A stretch of 64,000 bases of DNA from Macrostomum lignano. Taxonomy: Eukaryota. Made by a program: the position numbers and the translations under genes. The notes beneath the pieces were generated by a model. The model saw only the letters and a program-made list of their open reading frames with translations. It did not search any database and had not been told where the DNA came from. Each line of letters starts with the position of its first letter. Position 1 is the first letter of the stretch. Location of the stretch: NCBI GenBank assembly GCA_002269645.1, contig NIVC01000989.1, positions 62,001-126,000 on the forward strand, given 5' to 3'. Below, piece by piece: positions 40,279-52,200 of this stretch.

Positions 40279-40415
40279 CTTACTTACTTACTTAGCTGCA
40301 GGGCTGTCCTGGAGGGGACACAGCGGGAAGCCGCGGGTGCCCATTTCGCTAATCCCTGAATGGCCGATGCGTCGCTATGGACAGAGGGTTGGCGCCGCCC
40401 AGGGAGGTCCCCAGT
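40279..40415 (-). mobile_element. Short retroposed insert (5'-truncated non-LTR element or SINE 3' end) with (TAAG)n tail
   Basis: 14-bp TSD GCCATTCAATGTTA at 40265-40278 and 40416-40429; (CTTA)4 on the plus strand reads as a TAAG tail on minus; CpG-rich relative to its flanks. Confidence 0.8.
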
Positions 40416-42478
40416 GCCATTCAATGTTAGAAAATCTGTGCAAAATGTAACAAGTGGTAAAAATCCATCCTTAGAGCTAACCTTTAGTTAGCCATCACCA
40501 ATTTGCAAGAGAGTGGTAAAAAATTGATAAGTTATTTTATCCCTATAATGCAGCCCTCATGTTGGTTCTCAATTGCAATCACAAATCTAAAATCATACTT
40601 AAACAAAAACTTGTTATTACTTAAAGATAAATAAAATTGAACTAAAATTGGAATTAATTTTTATTAGTTCAAGATTTAAACCAAACATTGGTTGGATTTT
40701 AGGGTGTCATACAGAATGATACGCAACATCTATCTAAAGTATGCAATAGCAAACTATGGTCTCTAGCCTTTGCATCTTTCTAATATCTCTTGGGTCTTTT
40801 AAAACTTCTCTTTTCTCTTTTCTCTTTCTTTTCTTTTCTTATCTTATTTCTCTCTTTTCTTTTCTCTTTTTTCCTACTTCATTTTATATTTGCCTTCTTT
40901 TCTAGCTAGCATTTATAAATTTGAAAAGAATAGCAATATAAAAATTGTTCAATTTGTTAACAATTAATAGGCCTATTATTTTGTGATTCAAAAATTTATT
41001 TTATCTCCTAAAAATTATATTATAGGCCCTTCTTTCTTCCTTAAACAAGGGTTTTGTTATTTTTTGCCATATGTCTGTAATGCTTATGCTTTCCTACTCT
41101 TTGATGACTACTATTGCTACCTACTAACTCTGTTTGTCCTTAATAACTAGCACAGCAGGTAGCTGGCCTGAGTAGTCTAGCACTATGGTCCAAGAACCCT
41201 CGCTTAGTCTCTATTAAGTTACAATCAGATATTAGACCAAGTTCTGGTAGTTGGGTTGCTGCCACCTTGTAGGTCTTTAGGTAATATCCTCAACAGGTTA
41301 TTTCCTATGTTAACCTACTGTAAGTAGAAAATAAATAAGACAAGTTAGTTAAATGTTTAATAATGTAAATAACAATCATAGGCTGATCCTAAATTATCGT
41401 TTAATTGCTCAACTGGTGTTAGAGTAACAAGCCCTAAGCCTTATTAGGTGTCAATTTGATGTTGCCCCACAGTGTAGGTTGTAGGCCATGAAACCAGGTC
41501 TTGACAATGTTGAAGGTCTGGCATGCTATCGACACAATAGCCTGTGGCAGTCTTTAATAAGCATCCCTAGGTTATCCCTAGGAAAAATGTCTAGCGAATC
41601 TGCCTAAGCTAGGGCCTAGTTTGTCTAGGAAAAGCATCTAGGAATACTAGCTCTTGCTCAAAGCCAAGCAGGTAGTCTCCTTGGATCAGATGATGGTCTC
41701 TTTGGGCCCTCACCTACTCTGTATTTATACTAAAATCTGGGGGGGGGGCTCAGAGTTAATAGGAGGCTCAGAGGCAGTTCCATGGACTATCCAGAGCTAG
41801 GAATGATCTCAGAGATGTCCATAAAACATCTGCCTCATCACAAGGCCTCTGCATGGCCTACTGGTACACTGCTTGCATGTTGCAGCATGCAAGAAGTGCA
41901 ACCAAGACCCCATGAAAGCCTATCCCCTGGGTGGAAAGCTATGCTCTTCTTCCCCTTGACTAATAAGGACCATAATAAGGGAGAAATATCCCACTGACTA
42001 ATATTCTATTTTGAGTCCATTGCAGCCTAAGCCAGATCCCCACTTGGTCATAGTTAGTTAGTATTCGAGTTGTAGCTATGGGAGCAGGGCATAGGGTCTG
42101 TGTGCTTGCAGCGCGCCCTACCCTTCTTCCCTTTCCTTGTGCAGGCTCAGGTTGGGTGTGCAGCTGTCACGGGACAGGGAGAGAGTCTCTCCCTATCTCC
42201 CACCAAGAAATAGCCTATGCTAACTATGCTGGATCACAACATATCTATAGCTCTTAATTGCCATATATCTGTAGCTATTTAAAAAAATTAGACAAGGAAA
42301 AACAAAGGATATACATATAAAAAGATAGGTGCAATTTTTCAATAGCCAATATATGCACAAACTCTAATTTATATTAGTCATACAGCTTTTAAAAAATGAT
42401 TTGCTAATTCTAGTTTTGTCTTAGTTCATTTTAAGCTCTAATAGTTTAATTGAAATTCTTTAGTCAGATAAGCTAGGT

Positions 42479-42769
42479 CATACATGCGCAACAGTTGGCC
42501 GAGTCGGCCGATCCGGCCGACCGATTTGGCGGACAACCAAGGAAGTCGCAAAAATGCCCACCCAAAAAAAGTAGTAGTACTAAGTAGCTGACGAGGCATT
42601 TTGACTTAATAAGACAGTTATAAGTACTCCTGCCGTTTACCCAAAGTTGCGTTAATTTTGCGTTAGGGTTTTTTTACATGTAAGTCGCATTTTTGGCCAA
42701 AAACTACGTCGCATTTTTGTTAAAACTAAGTCGCATGGCCGACCGAATTTTGGAGGTTGCGCATGTATG
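42479..42769. mobile_element. hAT-type MITE, 291 bp
   Basis: Perfect 14-bp TIR CATACATGCGCAAC / GTTGCGCATGTATG; 8-bp TSD AGCTAGGT at 42471-42478 and 42770-42777. Confidence 0.9.
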
Positions 42770-43245
42770 AGCTAGGTTGGCTAGGCCTAGGAGTTGTTTA
42801 TATAAATGATAGCCTATATAATTACTTTTGGCCTAATGATAGTTTAAAAATTATAAAATATATAGGCTTAGACCATGTGTTTTAGACTAAGGCTAATTAT
42901 ATAAGTATTTATGCAATAGCAGATTGTTACTTTTGCAAATGATGGAATGATTTTTTAATAAATAGTTTTTTGATAGAAAAAAAAGTAAAGCTGCTCAATG
43001 GACTATTGAGTCTTGACTAATATACCTATATTCTATAACAGTAAACATTTATTTAGTGGCTTTGCCAAATTCCGACTTTTCAGTATATGGTATTTGCCAT
43101 AATAATTAGATAAGAAAACAGCTTGCCTTGTGCATGCCTTTTTCAGCCAATAAAACAAATGCACTTTTGCACTGGCTAGAAGTTCCCAGTGCTTCAAAGC
43201 TAAGCCCTGTAATACCCACAAAGAGAATTATTTTAACCTTCGAGC

Positions 43246-46200
43246 ATGTCCGCCGAACTTAATCCCGCGTGGATTCGCGAAACCAAACAGCTATTCGTTG
43301 ATTTAACATCAAAGAATGACGAGACTCGGGCTGAGGCTTACAAACGCCTTTGCCAATTTATTCAATTCGACCTGCCAGAAGCCTCCGCCGAAGCTGTTAA
43401 TGCCTATGTTGAACGATGGAATGGGAAAATTGTTGAGTTGATCAACTCTGGCGATGTCAATGACAAGCGAGGCGCCGTTCTAGCAATTGTAGCCCTGCTG
43501 GATATTGAGCACAGAGATTTGGCTGCTGCTATCTCGCGCTACGATAGCAACTTAAGGGTGCTGTTCAGGTTAGTTGGTGACTTTAGTCCCCTGAGTTAGG
43601 TGCTTCTGACACGATCTAAGTGCGCAGAGAAGAGATTATACAATTCTGACATTGATTAAGCAGTTGTAAAGTGAATGGTTAGAGCATCGGACTCACAACT
43701 GAGAGGTCAGGGGTTCGATTCTCGACCATCTGGGAACTATTCGTGCCATTGAGCAAGGCACTTAACTCTGCATTGCTTCAGTTCACCCAGCTGTAAAATG
43801 GGTGCCAGCATTAGCTGGGGTAATTGAGGCTGTGTGTGGCGACCCTCCCAGTCCTTGGACTGAACAGCCGTACGCAGCCTTCAGATGCGCCGCGCAATAG
43901 CTGCGGCTGAGCTGTCGGTTGCACATCCGCGTATCAAATGGAAAAAATAGAAAAAAAGAAAAAACATGTATTTTAATTTTTCTGAAAGTACTATATTTTT
44001 TTAATAACGCATCGCATTAATTAGTAGGTTGAATCAAAGCAACCTATTCCAATCAGGCTAAGGGTTTTGAAAACTAGAAGTACGAGTAGAATGGACTTTT
44101 ATATGCGGGCTCATAATTTGCCCGACGGGTGACCTTGTAAATTAAAAATATTGGCAGATGGGCTGCAGTGCTCGCGCATCACATGGCTTGTAGAATCCTA
44201 AGAGTCTCGAAAAAAGTCGTCCAAAAGTCGTTGCGTTAGCGCTTAACTGTCTAATATCTCAAACAGATTAAATAGAGTTGCTATAAATGCAAAATGCGAT
44301 TCTGAATTCATCAAGTGACGCAGATGCGCTTTAGACGCAACTTAGTGATTCTACAGCGACTTGGCGACTTGTACCGCGACATCTTGTCGTTTTAGAGTCG
44401 TCTAAAGTCACTTCACTGTTACCTCTAAAAACTTTGTGGAGTGACTCTTCATTGGATGACAAGGATGCTGTTTTGTACTCATCCCAATTTATCATCCTCA
44501 AACATATCCTCCTCAGATCATTGGACGTTTCTCTGGCGGAAACTTTAGCAATCGCCTTCTCCTTGGTAGCGTCTCGAGCTCCGCCCGGCTTCCTATCGCA
44601 GGACTTGGTCTCTAAGCACATCGATCGTTGCGCTGAAAATGTCTATCACCAGGAGGTCGGCCGGCGTCTGTTTAGCGTGCATTTGATGCGAGAATTTGCT
44701 AAAAAGTGTCCCACAGTAGTCTATCAGGTATTGGGGCTTGTTTGCGTGATGCCTTAGTTTTGTAAATTCTTTGATATCAAGTGTGTGTCTAAAGTCTCTT
44801 TTTTTCTAATCTATAATATTTTAAGTCTAATCTAGCTAATCTATCCTATCGTATCTACCGAATGTATCTAAACTAATCTAGCTAATCTAACCTAATCTAT
44901 CTAATCTACCTAAATTGAATCCGTTTGATCAAACTATCTTATATACTCTCTAATCTACGTAATCTAATCTAATCTAATCTGTTTAATCTTAGAATTTGAT
45001 AATCTTAGAATTAGAATTACACGTTTATTAAATTCGTCTACTCAACCTATCTTATCTAATCAAATATATCATATGAAATCTAATCTAATCTAATCTATCT
45101 AATCCGTCTAATCCATCTAAGTAACTCCATCTAAACTGGTCTATCTAATCCAATCTAATATAATCTAATCCACTCTTATCTAATTTAATCCGATGTATTA
45201 TTATCTATCTAGTCTAATGTATCTAATCTAATCTATCTGCTCTGTTTCACCAATCGAATCTAATCTAGTCTAACCTAATCTAACCTACTTATTAAAAATA
45301 GGCATCTAATCTATCTCTCAGAATCCAAGACAACCTGAAACCCCGTTGTACTGCTGTCCCATTGAATCTGAAAAAAATCCCATCGCACTTTCTGACGCCA
45401 CCACAGAGCATTGAAACGGTATTCGGCATTCTGTTTAGCGGCCTGCGCGACTCCAAGCAGGCGGTTAGAGAGGCCGCAGCCAGCGGTTTCCGCGCCTGCC
45501 TACGCATCACGGCCGACCGGGAGGTGACTCGGAAAGGCGCCCGATCTCGCGAGCTGCCCAGCTACTATCAGAAGATGTTCAGCACCATTATCGAAGCGCA
45601 CGAGGATAGCGAGGCTACTAAAAAGAATCGACTTAGCAAGGAAGATTTCGTTCACGGCTCGTTGCTATTGCTTAATGAGCTGCTGGTTGCCAGCAATGCG
45701 GATGCTGAGCGAGTCCGGCAGGCGGTTGTGCGAGCGTCTGCTCAGACGCCGCAGCCGATGACCACGACTAGCCTGCTTGGTCGTAGCGTCGGTGTACCAT
45801 TGGATCGTCTGGGCATCGGCTCGGCTGCCGTAGTCAGCGTTGGCGGCGGTTCAGCCTCCGCTATTTCGGCTGCCGCTTCATCTGGCGTAGCTTCCGTTGT
45901 TGGTGCCGCGTCCAGCGCCGCCGTCGGTTTGTTGGGCTCGGCGGTGGGCTTAAGCATAGACGATCGAGATGACGCATCGGGGACTGTGCCAGTTGAATCT
46001 GTGTGCTGTAGGAATATGTTTGCCGAGGTTAAGAATTATCAGACTATTGGCAATAAAGTGTTTAGGCATTGTTCGGCCAGATGCGGCCCGCAGGTTGGTT
46101 TTATTGCTTGTTTGTTAATATTTTAATGCATTACAGACACTTACAGATGGTATTACAGACACTTTTACAGATGTTATTACAGACAATTACAGATGGTATT

Positions 46201-49200
46201 AGATACCTACAGATGGTATTACAGATACTTACAGACACTTACAGATGGTATTACAGACAATTACAGATGGTATTACAGACACCTACAGATGGTATTACAG
46301 ATACTTACATACACTAACAGATGGTATTACAGATAGTTACAGATAATACTGCAGACACTTACAGATGATATTACAGATACTTACAGACACTTACAGATGG
46401 TATTACAGATACTTACAGACACTTACAGTTGATATCACAGATATTTAAAGACACTTACAGATGGTATTACAGATACTTACAGATGATATTACAGATACTT
46501 ACAGACACTTACAGATGGTATTACAGATACTTACAGACACTTACAGATGATATTACAGATATTTACAGACACTTACAGATGGTATTACAGATACTTACAG
46601 ACACTTACAGATGATATTACAGATATTTACAGACACTTACAGATGGTATTACAGATACTTACAGACACTTACAGATGATATCACAGATATTTAAAGACAC
46701 TTACAGATGGTATTACAGATACTTACAGATGATATTACAGATACTTACAGACACTTACAGATGGTATTACAGATACTTACAGACACTTACAGATGATATT
46801 ACAGATACTTACAGACACTTACAGATGGTATTACAGATACTTACAGACACTTACAGATGGTATTACAGATACTTACAGACACTTACAGTTGATATCTCAG
46901 ATACTTACATACACTCAATAAAAAGTGTCCCATATTTCCATCATCATCCCGCTCAGGTGTACCAAATTCTGCTGCACATCCTGCCCCGCCTAGCCGCGTT
47001 CAATCCTGAGAAATTCTCAGAATTTTATCTGAACCAAACTATGCAATTCCTGCTGGACGCTGTTAGGCGAGACAAACAGAAATCGCTAACTCTGCAAGCG
47101 ATTGGCCTGGTAGCTCTGGTTGTCAAGGACGAGTTCGTACCCTATTTGAATAGCGTTATGCCTGTGGTGCGACAGATGTTGCCAAATAGAGATGCACCGC
47201 CGAAGTAAGTACTGAGTTATTGTTTAATTTCTTTTATTTGGGTTGTAGTGCGACTCGCGCAGTCATGAGGGCCAGCCCCCAAGGCACCGAGGGTGTGTAT
47301 GCCTGACAATCAGACCGTCAGGGGCCGATGAACACCCTGTGTGCGTCTATGATCGCATGCCTGCGTACAGTATTGGCTAAATCCCTAATGTAATTTCTAA
47401 TCCAATACCTAATTCAATCTCTAATCCGATCCTAGATCTAATACCTAATCCAATCCCTGATCTAGTCCCTAATCTAATCCATAATCCAATCCTTGATCTC
47501 ATACCTAATCCAATCCCTGATCTAGTCCCTAATCTAATCCATAATCCAATCCTTGATCTCATACCTAATCCAATCCCTGATCTAGTCCCTAATCTAATCC
47601 ATAATCCAATCCTTGATCTCATACCTAATCCAATCCCTGATCTAATCCCTTATAATCCAATCCCTAATCCAATCCCTAATCCAATCCCTAATCCAATCCC
47701 TAATCCAATCCCGAATCCAATCCCTAATCCAATCCCTAATCCAATCCCTAATCCAATCCCTAATTCAATACCTAATCCAATCCCTAATCGAATCCCTAAT
47801 CGAATTCATTCAATCCCGAATCCTAGATCTTAAGATTTTTGAAAGCTTAATTCTACTTTCGTGGCGTGATAAAGCAGAACTGAACCCAAAACTTGGTCAT
47901 CTTATAGGGGGGGGGGGGGTTACAAGGGGGTGCTTGTACGCCAGGTATTTACTTCAATCTGTTAAAAGATATAATTAAAATTCAAATCGTCTTGTTTGTT
48001 TCTTAAAAAACCTTACAATTTTAGCATGTCTGCGCTGTCAGCCATTCAGCTGAAAATCAAGTAGGAGTTTAGTGTCTTAAAACCTTTCCTATATATGCTA
48101 AGTATTATTAAAATGCTTTATTCAATTTGTGTTGTCTTTAGTTACACCCTTAATACAGTTGTTAATAATATCTACACAAGTTCCATATTAGATATGAATA
48201 TATTATCTTATGCTTATAATCTATCCATATATATATATATATATATTCTATATATATATACTCATATAGTTTTCTAAATATAGCTGGAATCATTTCTGTT
48301 CTTTGCTGAAAATCAGGTGATTGTGACGGTTCTGTACTGAAAAGCAGGGATTGTGATTGTGATTGTGATGATTCTGTACTGAAAATCAGGTGATTGTGAT
48401 GGTGATGGTTCTGTACTGAAAATCAGGCGATTGTGATTGTGATGGTTCTGTACTGAAAAGCATGTGATTGTGATGGTGATGGTTCTGTACTGAAAATCAG
48501 GTGATTGTGATGGTTCTGTACTGAAAATCAGGTGATTGTGATTGTGATGGTTCTGTACTGAAAATCAGGTGATTGTGATTGTGATGGTTCTGTACTGAAA
48601 ATCAGGTGATTGTGATTGTGATTGTGATGGTTCTGTACTGAAAATCAGGTGATTGTGATTGTGATTGTGATGGTTCTGTACTGAAAAGCATGTGATTGTG
48701 ATGGTGATGGTTCTGTACTGAAAATCAGGTGATTGTGATGGTTCTGTACTGAAAATCAGGTGATTGTGATTGTGATGGTTCTGTACTGAAAATCAGGTGA
48801 TTGTGATTGTGATTGTGATGGTTCTGTACTGAAAAGCAGGTGATTGTGATGGTTCTGTACTGAAAATCAGGTGATTGTGACTGTGATTGTGATGGTTCTG
48901 TACTGAAAATCAGGTGATTGTGATTGTGATGGTTCTGTACTGAAAAGCAGGTGATTGTGATTGTGATGGTTCTGCACTGAAAATCAGGTGATTGTGATTG
49001 TGATTGCGATGGTTCTGTACTGAAAAGCAGGTGATTGTGATTGTGATTGTGATGGTTCTGTACTGAAAAGCAGATGATTGTGATTGTGATGGTTCTGTAC
49101 TGAAAAGCAGATGATTGTGATTGTGATTGTGATGGTTCTGTACTAAAAAGCAGGTGATTGTGATGGTTCTGTACTGAAAAGCAGATGATTGTGATTGTGA

Positions 49201-52200
49201 TGGTTCTGTACTGAAAAGCAGATGATTGTGATTGTGATTGTGATGGTTCTGTACTAAAAAGCAGGTGATTGTGATGGTTCTGTACTGAAAAGCAGATGAT
49301 TGTGATTGTGATGGTTCTGTACTGAAAAGCAGATGATTGTGATTGTGATTGTGATGGTTCTGTACTAAAAAGCAGGTGATTGTGACGGTTCTGTACTGAA
49401 AAGCAGATGTTTCTTTTAGCGAGAGTAATTTGATACAATTTTCAATGATTTTAAAATTGTATCATATTGTTTATTAGTGTAATTCTAATCTAGTTTAAAT
49501 TGATGTATATTATCTTCTGTTTTATAAGCTAGAGTAATAATATTTCTCTGCTTGTTTATTTTATTATTTGCAACAGACAATTAATGTTTGTTTGTTTATG
49601 CTGTAGCTATATAGTTCATTTATTAAGAGTTGTGCCTCTGTTTAATGTCATATTATCGATACATGCATGATATGTCTTTTTTAAGCTACTACTTAATAAA
49701 TTTTTATTAACCATTTTAGGAGTCGAACTTCGCTAATCGAATCCTCAGTATTCCTGTGCATCAGCCTGATTGCCAAATCTGTTGGCACACATTTGGAACG
49801 GGGCACTATGAAGGAGCTGCTAGATTCCATGTTTGCTAGTGGTCTTAGGTGAGCTTATTGTTATTCTCTCTTGTCAGGTGTTTGGAATTCTCGTAGAATG
49901 TCTTCTGGTCTAACCTCATGGTCCTAGCTACTGTCAATCAGATATGGCGCTTTCAAATAAACTCATTTTCCTTCAGCTCTGGCGCTTTCCAATAAACTCA
50001 TTTTCCTTCAAATATGGCGCTTTCAAATAAACTCATTTTCCTTCAGATATGGCGCTTTCAAATAAACTCATTTTCCTTTAGATATGGCGCTTTCAAATAA
50101 ACTCATTTCCTTCAGCTCTGTGGCTTTCAAGTAAACTCATTTTCCTTCAGCTCTATCGCTTTCAAATAAACTCATTTTCCTTCAGCTCTATCGCTTTCAA
50201 ATAAACTCATTTTCCTTCAGCTCTATCGCTTTCAAATAAACTCATTTTCCTTCAGCTCTATCGCTTTCAAATAAACTCATTTTCCATCAGATATGGCGCT
50301 TTCAAATAAACTCATTTCCTTCAGCTCTGTCACTTTCAAATAAACTCATTTTCTTTCAGTTTTGTCGCTTTCAAATAAACTCATTTTCCTTCAGCTCTGT
50401 CGCTTTCAAATAAACTCATTTTCCTTCAGCTCTGTCGCTTTCAAATAAACTCATTTTCCTTCAGCTCTGTCACTTTCAAATAAACTCATTTTCCTTCAGT
50501 TTTGTCGCTTTCAAATAAACTCATTTTCCATCAGATATGGCGCTTTCAAATAAACTCATTTCCTTCAGCTCTGTCACTTTCAAATAAACTCATTTTCCTT
50601 CAGATATGGCGCTTTCAAATAAACTCATTTTCCTTCAGCTCTGTCGCTTTTAAATAAACTCATTTTCTCTAGCTCTGTGGCTTTCAAATAAACTCATTTT
50701 CCTTCCGATATCGCGCTTTCAATTGGACCCTGATCCAGTTACATAATTTTTTATGTTAATTGTTTTCAGTCCCGCACTGACCGAAGCCCTGAAGCAGCTG
50801 GCTCTGCAAATACCAGCTCTAAAGAAGGATATTCAGGATGGCCTGTTAAAAATGCTCTCCCTAGTGCTCATGAACAAGCCATTGAGGCATCCGGCAGCCA
50901 GGATCTCCTCTACAATGATCTCGTCCGGTTCATTGGGTTCAAGCAGTTCCGATGTACCGCCAGATGCCACCAATATTGTGCTGGCACTGAGGACACTAGC
51001 TAATTTCGATTTTGAAGGTTTGATTTTTTTAAAGTTTTTTATGTAGCATCCCTGAAGCTTTATGTAGCATCCCTGAAGCTTAATGTAGCATCCCTGAAGC
51101 TTTATGTAGCATCCCTGAAGCTTTATGTAGCATCCCTGAAGCTTTATGTAGCATCCCTGAAGCTTAATGTAGCATCCCTGAAGCTTTATGTAGCATCCCT
51201 GAAGCTTTATGTAGCATCCCTGAAGCTTTATGTAGCATCCCTGAAGCTTAATGTAGCATCCCTGAAGCTTTATGTAGCATCCCTGAAGCTTTATGTAGCA
51301 TCCCTGAAGCTTTATGTAGCATCTCTGAAGCTTTATGTAGCATCCCTGAAGCTTTATGTAGCATCCCTGAAGCTTTATGTAGCATCCCTGAAGCTTTATG
51401 TAGCATCCCTGAAGCTTAATGTAGCATCCCTGAAGCTTAATTTAGCATCCCTGAAGCTTAATGTAGCATCCCTGAAGCTTTATGTAGCATCCCTGAAGCT
51501 TAATGTAGCATCCCTGAAGCTTTATGTAGCATCCCTGAAGCTTTATGTAGCATCCCTGAAGCTTAATGTAGCATCCCTGAAGCTTTATGTAGCATCCCTG
51601 AAGCTTTATGTAGCATCCCTGAAGCTTTATGTAGCATCCCTGAAGCTTTATGTAGCATCCCTGAAGCTTTATGTAGCATCCCTGAAGCTTTATGTAGCAT
51701 CCCTGAAGCTTTATGTAGCATCCCTGAAGCTTAATTTAGCATCCCTGAAGCTTTATGTAGCATCCCTGAAGCTTTATGTAGCATCCCTGAAGCTTTATGT
51801 AGCATCCCTGAAGCTTTATGTAGCATCCCTGAAGCTTTATGTAGCATCCCTGAAGCTTTATGTAGCATCCCTGAAGCTTAATTTAGCATCCCTGAAGCTT
51901 TATGTAGCATCCCTGAAGCTTTATGTAGCATCCCTGAAGCTTTATGTAGCATCCCTGAAGCTTTATGTAGCATCCCTGAAGCTTTATGTAGCATCCCTGA
52001 AGCTTAATTTAGCATCCCTGAAGCTTTATGTAGCATCCCTGAAGATTATTTTAGCATTCCTTAATATTTGTTCATTTAATTCTCTTTTAAATAACGTAAC
52101 TGAAACTTGCAATTTTAGTATTGTAAATGGAATTACATTTAGCATTTCATGGAATTACATTTATAACAAATATTGCGAATTTCTAGTTGCTAAGTATGAA

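Noticed and set aside
41405-41430. PBS-like TGGTGTTAGAG suggesting an LTR element
   Set aside because: No paired LTRs, polypurine tract or gag/pol frame could be identified.
42588-42630. Hammerhead ribozyme core CTGACGAG
   Set aside because: No downstream stem II followed by GAAA; it lies inside the hAT MITE.
43660-43735. tRNA gene
   Set aside because: A and B boxes are present, but I could not build a full cloverleaf, and the sequence continues into a body shared with a second dispersed copy, so it is a SINE head.
44434-44516. ORF-track extension of mTOR exon 2
   Set aside because: The phase-compatible acceptor with a pyrimidine tract is cctcag|A at 44517, giving LRVLFRSLDV, which fits TOR without a duplicated helix.
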